From positions 4,096,001 to 4,160,000 of the forward strand of contig OZ245842.1 of the NCBI GenBank assembly GCA_965228895.1: 64,000 nt of DNA, given 5' to 3'. Source of the DNA: Alphaproteobacteria bacterium (lineage in GTDB: Bacteria > Pseudomonadota > Alphaproteobacteria > SP197). Below, piece by piece: positions 56,838 to 64,000 of this stretch. Under the pieces are notes generated by a model. That model was not told the DNA's origin, did no database searches, and saw only the letters and a program-made list of their open reading frames with translations. The translations under genes were made by a program, and so were the position numbers. Numbering within the stretch: the stretch's first letter is position 1; every line of letters starts with the position of its first letter.

Positions 56838-57467
56838 ATGACCGAGCTACGAGTCTATCTGCCGATCCACGATCTGCAGCCACAGTTCGCGGCTTATCTG
56901 AGCTCGCCGACGCGCGCGCGCGGCTACCCGCCGTTCGAGCACGAGCACAGTCTGATCATCGAAGTCTCCCCGGCGCTGTCGATCCACCGGATCATCGATC
57001 TGGCCCTGAAGGCAGCGCCCGACATGGAGCCGGGCATCCTGTTTACCGAACGCCAGTTTGGTCTTCTGGAACTGCACTCCGAAGACGAGACGGCGCTGGC
57101 CGACGCCGGTCAGGCCATTCTCGACGGTATCGGCGCCAAGGCGGCGGACCAGTTAGCACCGACGATTTTGTTTCACGACATCATCGAGGATATCGCCGAT
57201 CAGCACGCGATCATCCTGAACCGGACCCGCGACGCCTCGATCCTGGTGCCCGGCACCTCGCTGCTGGTCTACGAAATGGCGCCCGCTCTCTTCGCCTGCG
57301 TCGCGGCGAACGAGGCCGAACGCGCGGCACCCGAAGCCGCCATCAACGATGTCCAGATGATGGGCGCGTCCGGCCGCATCTTCATGTCCGGCAGCACCGA
57401 CGACATGATCCGCGCCCGCGACACCATCACCAAAACGCTTGAGGCCATCGACGGCCGCAAGTCCTGA
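56838..57467 (+). CDS. Second BMC-T tandem-domain shell protein
   Basis: LRVYLPIHDLQPQFAAY, IEVSPA, TERQFGLLELH, AANEAERAA, GASGRIF; 209 aa. Confidence 0.9.
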   Translation: MTELRVYLPIHDLQPQFAAYLSSPTRARGYPPFEHEHSLIIEVSPALSIHRIIDLALKAAPDMEPGILFTERQFGLLELHSEDETALADAGQAILDGIGAKAADQLAPTILFHDIIEDIADQHAIILNRTRDASILVPGTSLLVYEMAPALFACVAANEAERAAPEAAINDVQMMGASGRIFMSGSTDDMIRARDTITKTLEAIDGRKS

Positions 57468-57475
57468 CGGGCAAC

Positions 57476-57640
57476 CTCCCTCTCCCCTTGAGGGAGAGGG
57501 CCGGGGTGAGGGGTCGCGCGCGAGCGCCCCAAGAAAGCAGATTTGTTAGACGGAGTCGCCTTCCCCCTCACCCAGCTTCGGCTAGGTCGCTAACGCGACC
57601 AAGCCTGCGCAACCCTCTCCCTCGCTGGGGAGAGGGAACC
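57476..57640. repeat. 165-bp palindromic extragenic element, copy B
   Basis: Same length and ends as 27788-27952; lies between the convergent BMC and liu operons. Confidence 0.88.
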
Positions 57641-57647
57641 AACGAGT

Positions 57648-58451
57648 TCATGTGCGACTCGGCCCACGCGACCACGATGGTTTCTCGCCGTCGAAGAAAC
57701 AGCGGATGCCTTCCTGGGCTTCCGCCGTTTCCCAGCGGTCGGCCAGACTTTCCGACGTAAACGCATGCTGGTCGTCGATCCGGTCGCGCGACAGGGCCAG
57801 GCACAACGCCTTGGCGTCGGCGACCGCGCCGGGCGCGCAGTCCAGGAACCACCCGACCTCCGCCTCGACCGCGTCGTCCAGACCGTCAGCGTCGACGACC
57901 TCACTGACCAGACCGAGGTCGCGGGCCGCTGCTGCGTCGAAACGTTTGCCGTTCATGAAGATGCGCCGCGTGTTTCCCTCGCCCAGACGGCGTACGACAT
58001 AGGGACCGATGTTGGCGGGAATGACGCCAAGGCGCGTTTCGGTGAGCGCGAACTTCGCGTGCGACGCCGCAACAACGATATCGCAGACCGCCATCATGCC
58101 GATGCCACCGCCGAAGGCCTGGCCGTGCACCCGACCGATCAGCGGTTTCGGCAGGCTGTCGAGGTCGCTCAGCATGCGGGCAAGCTCCAGGGATTCCGTA
58201 ATCTTGCCGACACGGTCGCGGTCGAACTGCGCGCGCATCCAGGTGAGATCGGCGCCGGCGGAGAAACTCTTGCCTTCACCGGCAAGCACCACGGCGCGTA
58301 CGCCACCGTCCTTGGCCAGATCAGATGCGGCCTGACGCAACTCGCTGATCATCTGGGTGTTCAACGCGTTGTGTTTCTCAGGACGCGCCAACCAAAGATG
58401 GGCGACGCCGCGCTCGTCTGTCTCGATGCGAAGGGTTTCGAAGCCTGTCAT
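57648..58451 (-). CDS. liuC: Methylglutaconyl-CoA hydratase (crotonase family)
   Basis: RPEKHNAL, FSAGADL, FGGGIG, TETRLG; liu operon context. Confidence 0.85.
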   Translation of the reverse strand: MTGFETLRIETDERGVAHLWLARPEKHNALNTQMISELRQAASDLAKDGGVRAVVLAGEGKSFSAGADLTWMRAQFDRDRVGKITESLELARMLSDLDSLPKPLIGRVHGQAFGGGIGMMAVCDIVVAASHAKFALTETRLGVIPANIGPYVVRRLGEGNTRRIFMNGKRFDAAAARDLGLVSEVVDADGLDDAVEAEVGWFLDCAPGAVADAKALCLALSRDRIDDQHAFTSESLADRWETAEAQEGIRCFFDGEKPSWSRGPSRT

Positions 58452-58453
58452 GG

Positions 58454-59341
58454 TCAATCCGCTTTGCCGTGATCGCCTTCAATAGCCGATCTCCAGGGTT
58501 GGTTGTTCAAGTAACGCTCGACGTCCGACAGCCGCGCCCGGTCGATGCCAGTCGCGAAGCCCAGCGATGCCAGCCGGTCGGCCACGGGCCCCGTCGCGAC
58601 GTTGCCCTTGGCGCCTAGCGCATAAGGACAACCGCCGAGCCCGCCGACCGCGGCATCGAACGTGCGCAGGCCCTTCTCGAGGCTCACCTCGATGTTGTCG
58701 AGCGCGCGGCCGCCGGTGTCGTGATAGTGGCCCGCAAGTTTGCTGGCGGACACGACGGCAAGCACGGCATCCAGCATGGCGGCGATCGTCTGGGGCGTAC
58801 CTCTGCCGATGGTATCGCCCAGCGACACCTCATAGCAGCCCATGCCAATCAAGCGCGACGCGACGTCGGCCACCTGCTTTGGCGGCGTCGCGCCGTCATA
58901 GGGACAATCGGTCACGCAGGAAACGTAGCCACGCACGGGCACGCCGTCGTTCTTGGCGGCTTCAAGCACCGGCTCGAAACGCTCCAGGCTCTCGGCGATC
59001 GAGCAGTTGATGTTCTTGTGGCTGAACCCCTCGGATGCCGAAGCAAAGATCGCGACCTCGTCTGCCTCAGCCGCTTTGGCGCCGTCATAGCCCCGCATGT
59101 TCGGCGTCAGCACCGCATAGGTGACGCCGGGTCTACGCTCGATGCCGGCCATGACCTCCGCCGCATCCGCCATCTGGGGCACCCATTTGGGGCTGACGAA
59201 ACTTGTCACCTCGATCTTCGAAAACCCGCAACCGGACAGCATGTCGACGAGGCGGATTTTATCGGCGGTCAGGACGAACTCTTTCTCGTTCTGCAGCCCG
59301 TCGCGCGGACCCATCTCGAAGATCGTTACATGCTCGCGCAT
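58454..59341 (-). CDS. liuE: Hydroxymethylglutaryl-CoA lyase
   Basis: EMGPRDGLQNE, SFVSPKWVPQM, HYHDT, GLGGCPYA. Confidence 0.93.
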   Translation of the reverse strand: MREHVTIFEMGPRDGLQNEKEFVLTADKIRLVDMLSGCGFSKIEVTSFVSPKWVPQMADAAEVMAGIERRPGVTYAVLTPNMRGYDGAKAAEADEVAIFASASEGFSHKNINCSIAESLERFEPVLEAAKNDGVPVRGYVSCVTDCPYDGATPPKQVADVASRLIGMGCYEVSLGDTIGRGTPQTIAAMLDAVLAVVSASKLAGHYHDTGGRALDNIEVSLEKGLRTFDAAVGGLGGCPYALGAKGNVATGPVADRLASLGFATGIDRARLSDVERYLNNQPWRSAIEGDHGKAD

Positions 59342-59348
59342 CGCGGTC

Positions 59349-61349
59349 TCACGGCTCCGGCGTTTCCATGACCAGCAGTAGCCGGTCGGCCGCGACTTGA
59401 TCGCCCTCGCCGACCAGTACCTCAGCCACGGTCCCAGCAAAGGGCGCGCGCAGGGTGTGTTCCATCTTCATGGCCTCCATGACGATCAGCGACTCGCCTT
59501 TCGTCACGGTAGCACCCGTCGCGACCGCGACCAGTTTGACCAGACCGGGCATCGGCGCAAGCACCCGGTCATCGCCGGCCGTGGCCCGCTCGCCGCCGTC
59601 CAGCAGATCGGGGATCGCGAAGACATGGGTCGCGCCGTCAAGAAAGACGGTGATGTTCCGGCCATGCCGGACAACGCGGCCGCTCACCGTCTGCCCATCA
59701 AGCGCGATGTCGGCACACACGCCGTCGACTTGATGAACTTCGACGGTATGCACATCGCCTGCCTGACCGAAGGTCAGCTTGCCGCCGCCTTCGCATGCCA
59801 CGTTGAACGACATGGCTGTCCCGTCACGACTGAGGTCGACGGCCAGACTTTCACGAGCCCACTGCCGCCAACCCGCCAAGGTCACCCAGGGATCGGTGGC
59901 ATCGCACCGTTCGAACCAACCGAGTGTCGCCATCACGGCGAGACCGTAAGCCGCCGGCGACGGTTCCGGCGTTTGAACGAGCCGGTCCATGTTGCGCTCG
60001 ATCAATCCGGTATCGACGCGGCCGGCCGCGAAGGCGTCATCGGCACACAAGGCCGCGAGAAACCCGACATTGGTTACCGTGCCCGCAATGAAGCTTTGCG
60101 AAAGCGCCGTGCGCATGGTGTTGAGCGCATCCGTCCGGCTATCGCCGTGCACGATGATCTTGGCGATCATCGGGTCGTAGTACGGCGAGATGGTATCGCC
60201 CTGCCGCACACCGCTGTCGACACGCGCGATGTCGTCCGGTAGCGCAAGATAGTCCAGCCGTCCGGTCGCCGGCAGGAACCCCTTGCCGGCGTTTTCGGCG
60301 TAGACCCGCGCCTCGAACGCCCAACCGTCGATCGCAATGTCCTCCTGTTTCAGCGGCAGCGGTTCGCCCGCCGCGATGTGAAGCTGCCATTCGACGAGGT
60401 CGAGGCCGGTGATCATCTCGGTCACCGGATGCTCGACTTGAAGGCGTGTGTTCATCTCCATGAACCAAAAGCGATCGGGCTGCAGGCCGTCGCTGGCATC
60501 GACGATGAACTCCACCGTCGCCGCGCCCTGGTAACCGACGGCCACGGCCGCCTTCACCGCCGCCTCACCCATGGCTTGGCGCATCTCCGAAGTCATGTCG
60601 GGCGCGGGCGCTTCCTCGATCACCTTCTGATGGCGGCGTTGCAGGGAGCAGTCACGTTCGAAGAGGTGGATCACGTTGCCGTCGGCGTCGCCGAACACCT
60701 GCATCTCGATATGGCGCGGGGTCGCGATCCACTTTTCGATCAGGCAGCGGCCGTCGCCGAAGCTCGACTCGGCTTCGCGGCGGGCGCTCTCCAGTGAATC
60801 GGGAAAGTCTGCGGGATCGTCGACCCTGCGCATGCCCTTACCGCCGCCGCCGGCACGCGCCTTGATCAGAACGGGATAGCCGATCTCATCCGCCTTGCCT
60901 GCCATGACATCGGCGTCCTGATCCTCACCCAGGTAGCCGGGCACCACGGGCACGCCGGTCTCGGCCATCATGGCTTTGGCGCGGTCCTTCAGTCCCATGG
61001 CGCGGATGGCATTGGCCGATGGTCCGACGAAGACGAGGCCTGCCGCTTCGACGGCTTCGGCGAAGTCGGGGTTCTCCGACAGAAAACCGTAGCCCGGGTG
61101 AATCGCATCGGCCGCCATCGCCAGCGCTGCCTCGATGATCCGATCGCCCCTTAGATAACTCTCTGTCACTTGCGGCGGCCCAAGCCGTGCGGCGTTGTCG
61201 GCCATCGCAACATGCAGGGCGTTTGCATCGGCGTCCGAATAGACGGCAACCGTCTCGATGCCCAAGCGCCGGCAGGTCCTGATGATCCGGCAGGCGATCT
61301 CGCCGCGGTTGGCAATCAGGACACGTTTCAGCATCGCGACTGAGGTCAC
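59349..61349 (-). CDS. liuD: 3-methylcrotonyl-CoA carboxylase biotin-containing (alpha) subunit
   Basis: [39 protein letters not shown] biotin site. Confidence 0.9.
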   Translation of the reverse strand: MTSVAMLKRVLIANRGEIACRIIRTCRRLGIETVAVYSDADANALHVAMADNAARLGPPQVTESYLRGDRIIEAALAMAADAIHPGYGFLSENPDFAEAVEAAGLVFVGPSANAIRAMGLKDRAKAMMAETGVPVVPGYLGEDQDADVMAGKADEIGYPVLIKARAGGGGKGMRRVDDPADFPDSLESARREAESSFGDGRCLIEKWIATPRHIEMQVFGDADGNVIHLFERDCSLQRRHQKVIEEAPAPDMTSEMRQAMGEAAVKAAVAVGYQGAATVEFIVDASDGLQPDRFWFMEMNTRLQVEHPVTEMITGLDLVEWQLHIAAGEPLPLKQEDIAIDGWAFEARVYAENAGKGFLPATGRLDYLALPDDIARVDSGVRQGDTISPYYDPMIAKIIVHGDSRTDALNTMRTALSQSFIAGTVTNVGFLAALCADDAFAAGRVDTGLIERNMDRLVQTPEPSPAAYGLAVMATLGWFERCDATDPWVTLAGWRQWARESLAVDLSRDGTAMSFNVACEGGGKLTFGQAGDVHTVEVHQVDGVCADIALDGQTVSGRVVRHGRNITVFLDGATHVFAIPDLLDGGERATAGDDRVLAPMPGLVKLVAVATGATVTKGESLIVMEAMKMEHTLRAPFAGTVAEVLVGEGDQVAADRLLLVMETPEP

Positions 61350-62953
61350 ATTCGGAAAAGGCCGAACCGGGTTTCCGGAATCGGCGCGTTCAACGCTGCC
61401 GACAACGACAAGCCGAGCACATTGCGCGTCTTGGCCGGATCGATGATGCCGTCATCCCACAACCGCGCGGCGGCATAGAGCGGATGGCTCTGTTCGGCGA
61501 ACTGATCGACGATTGGTTGTTTGAAGGCTGCTTCGTCGCCCGCCGACCACGTCCCGCCTTTGCGCTCGATGGCGTCGCGGCGCACGACGGCGAGCACGCT
61601 CGCGGCCTGTTCGCCACCCATGACTGAGATCCGGCTGTTGGGCCACGTCCACAGAAAGCGCGGGCCATAGGCGCGCCCGCACATGCCGTAATTGCCGGCG
61701 CCAAACGAGCCGCCGACCAGGACCGTCACCTTGGGCACGGCCGACGTCGCGACGGCGGTCACCAGTTTCGCGCCGTGTTTGGCGATGCCCTCGGCCTCGT
61801 ACTTCTGCCCGACAATGAAGCCGGTGATGTTCTGCAGAAAGACCAGCGGGATGCGCCGCTGGGAGCACAGCTCGACGAAATGCGCGCCCTTCAAGGCGCT
61901 TTCGGAGAAGAGGATGCCGTTGTTGGCGAGAATGCCGACCGGCATGCCGTGGATATGGGCGAAACCGCAGACCAGGGTCTCGCCGAAGCGGGCCTTAAAT
62001 TCGTCAAGTCTTGAGCCATCGACCAGGCGCGCGATGACCTCACGGATGTCATAGGCGGTCGACAAGGAAGCCGGCACGATGCCGTAGATTTCCGCGGGGT
62101 CGTAAAGCGGATCCTCCGGCGTCTGCAACTGAAGTTCCGCAGGCTTTGTCCGGTTGAGATTGGCGACCGCGCGCCGCGCCAGTGCCAGCGCATGATCGTC
62201 GTCGCGGGCCAGATGATCGGCGACGCCGGACAGGCGCGTGTGCACGTCGCCACCACCCAGCTCCTCGGCGCTCACCACTTCACCCGTCGCCGCTTGGACC
62301 AGCGGCGGACCTGCCAGGAAGATCGTCCCCTGCTCGCCGACGATGACCGTTTCGTCGGACATGGCCGGGACGTACGCGCCGCCCGCCGTGCACGAGCCCA
62401 TGACCACGGCGATCTGGGCGATTCCGTCGGCGGACATGCGTGCCTGATTATAGAAGATCCGCCCGAAGTGATCGCGGTCGGGAAACACCTCGTCCTGGTT
62501 CGGCAGGTTGGCGCCGCCGGAGTCAACGAGGTAGACACACGGCAGCCGGTTTTCCTGGGCGATTTCCTGGGCGCGCAGGTGCTTTTTGACGGTGACCGGG
62601 TAATAGGTGCCGCCCTTTACCGTCGCGTCGTTGGCGACGACCATGACCTCCTGACCTTCGACGCGGCCGACGCCGGCGATCAGACCGGCCGACGGGCTGG
62701 CACCGTCATAAAGGCCATGCGCGGCCGTGACGCCGATCTCCAGGAACGGTGCGCCGGGATCCAGCAGGCGCGCAACGCGTTCGCGCGGCAGCAGTTTGCC
62801 GCGGCCGGTGTGGCGCGCCTGCGCCGCCTCGCCGCCGCCGGTCATGGCGCTGGCGACGGCGGCTTCGACCTCCTCGATAGCACCGCGCATGGCGTTTTCG
62901 TTGGCCACGAAGTCGTCGCTTGTGGTCTGCACGGTGGACTTGATGACGGCCAT
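61346..62953 (-). CDS. liuB: 3-methylcrotonyl-CoA carboxylase carboxyltransferase (beta) subunit
   Basis: [46 protein letters not shown]; start MAVIKS at 62953. Confidence 0.93.
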   Translation of the reverse strand: MAVIKSTVQTTSDDFVANENAMRGAIEEVEAAVASAMTGGGEAAQARHTGRGKLLPRERVARLLDPGAPFLEIGVTAAHGLYDGASPSAGLIAGVGRVEGQEVMVVANDATVKGGTYYPVTVKKHLRAQEIAQENRLPCVYLVDSGGANLPNQDEVFPDRDHFGRIFYNQARMSADGIAQIAVVMGSCTAGGAYVPAMSDETVIVGEQGTIFLAGPPLVQAATGEVVSAEELGGGDVHTRLSGVADHLARDDDHALALARRAVANLNRTKPAELQLQTPEDPLYDPAEIYGIVPASLSTAYDIREVIARLVDGSRLDEFKARFGETLVCGFAHIHGMPVGILANNGILFSESALKGAHFVELCSQRRIPLVFLQNITGFIVGQKYEAEGIAKHGAKLVTAVATSAVPKVTVLVGGSFGAGNYGMCGRAYGPRFLWTWPNSRISVMGGEQAASVLAVVRRDAIERKGGTWSAGDEAAFKQPIVDQFAEQSHPLYAAARLWDDGIIDPAKTRNVLGLSLSAALNAPIPETRFGLFRM

Positions 62954-63999
62954 CAGGCGGTTTCCTTCATCAACTCGCGCCCGATCAGCATGCGGCGGAT
63001 CTCCGATGTGCCCGCGCCGATCTCCATCAGCTTGGCGTCGCGCAACAGGCGCCCGGTCGGATAGTCGTTGATGTAACCATTGCCGCCCAAGGCTTGTATC
63101 GCCTGCAACGCCTGTTGCGTCGCCTGTTCCGACGCGTAGAGACAACAGGCCGCGGCATCCTGGCGCGTGACCGCGCCCCGATCGCAGGCAGCCGCGACCG
63201 CATAGACATAGGCGCGCGACGAGTTCATGGCCGTGTACATGTCGGCGATTTTGGCCTGCATCAACTGAAACTCCCCGATCGGCCGGCCGAACTGCTTGCG
63301 CTCGTGCAGATAGGGCATCACCACGTCGAGGCAGGCATGCATGATGCCAACGCCGATGCCCGCCAAGACGACGCGCTCGAAGTCGAGGCCGGACATCAAA
63401 ACCTTGACGCCCTCGCCTTCGGCGCCCAGCACGTTCTCGAACGGGACTTCACAGTCTTCAAACACGAGCTCTGCCGTGTTCGAGCCGCGCATGCCGAGTT
63501 TGTCGAGCTTCTGCGAGGGCATAAAACCGCCAAAGCCGCTTTCGACCAAGAACGCCGTGATGCCCTTCGCGCCAGCGTCGGGATCGGTCTTGGCATAGAC
63601 CACGAGCGTATCGGCATCCGGTCCGTTGGTGATCCACATCTTGGTGCCGTTCAGCATGTAGCGGTCGTTGCGCTTGTCGGCCCGCAGGGCCATCGAGACC
63701 ACGTCGGACCCCGCGCCCGGCTCCGACATGGCGAGGGCGCCGACATGCTCGCCCGAGCACAGCTTCGGCAGATACGTCGCCTTTTGCTCGGGCGTGCCGT
63801 TCCGGTTGATCTGGTTGACGCACAGATTGGAATGGGCGCCATAGCTGAGCGCCGTCGAGGCCGACGCGCGCGCGATCTCCTCCATCGCGACCACATGGGC
63901 CAGATAACGCATGCCCGTACCGCCGTGGTCGGGATCGGCGGTGATGCCCAAGAGGCCGAGCGCGCCCAGTTCCGGCCAGAGATCGCGCGGAAAGGTGTT
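62953..63999 (-). CDS. liuA: Isovaleryl-CoA dehydrogenase (5' truncated by window edge)
   Basis: [48 protein letters not shown]. Confidence 0.92.
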   Translation of the reverse strand, partial: NTFPRDLWPELGALGLLGITADPDHGGTGMRYLAHVVAMEEIARASASTALSYGAHSNLCVNQINRNGTPEQKATYLPKLCSGEHVGALAMSEPGAGSDVVSMALRADKRNDRYMLNGTKMWITNGPDADTLVVYAKTDPDAGAKGITAFLVESGFGGFMPSQKLDKLGMRGSNTAELVFEDCEVPFENVLGAEGEGVKVLMSGLDFERVVLAGIGVGIMHACLDVVMPYLHERKQFGRPIGEFQLMQAKIADMYTAMNSSRAYVYAVAAACDRGAVTRQDAAACCLYASEQATQQALQAIQALGGNGYINDYPTGRLLRDAKLMEIGAGTSEIRRMLIGRELMKETA

Positions 64000-64000
64000 G

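Noticed and set aside
46383-57467. Calling the BMC an Eut, Pdu, GRM or carboxysome locus
   Set aside because: No ethanolamine ammonia-lyase, diol dehydratase, glycyl-radical enzyme or RuBisCO is present
57648-64000. liu operon as part of the BMC system
   Set aside because: It is a standard leucine/isovalerate catabolism operon, convergent with the BMC operon and separated from it by a palindromic element

Overview
GC-rich, gene-dense bacterial DNA. Gene content and palindromic elements suggest a probably marine alphaproteobacterium (inference). It holds about 55 CDSs, mostly for amine, betaine and sulfonate catabolism. I saw no rRNA, tRNA, CRISPR array, transposase or phage genes. The highlight is a complete bacterial microcompartment (BMC) operon at 46.4-57.5 kb. 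Its enzymes resemble the aminoacetone/aminopropanol (RMM/AAU) type studied in Rhodococcus/Mycobacterium: SDR, kinase, PLP class-III enzyme, acylating aldehyde dehydrogenase, 2 BMC-T, BMC-P, BMC-H and a probable scaffold protein. Here it is fed by a PotABCD-type ABC importer, has a divergent AraC regulator co-transcribed with ackA, and abuts a taurine-type xsc/tauR cluster. Other points: an uncharacterised MttB / GcvT / HisD(HpsN)-like / DegT / ThrC-like pathway; a Zymomonas-type pyruvate decarboxylase; a perfect FNR box before a small gene and an ftsH copy; a polyproline leader-peptide candidate; paired 23-bp-period TauR-like boxes; a vWA protein with seven 88-aa repeats; two 165-bp palindromic elements; and the liu leucine catabolism operon at the right end. 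All functional calls come from motif recognition by eye and recalled family sequences. No database search was run.
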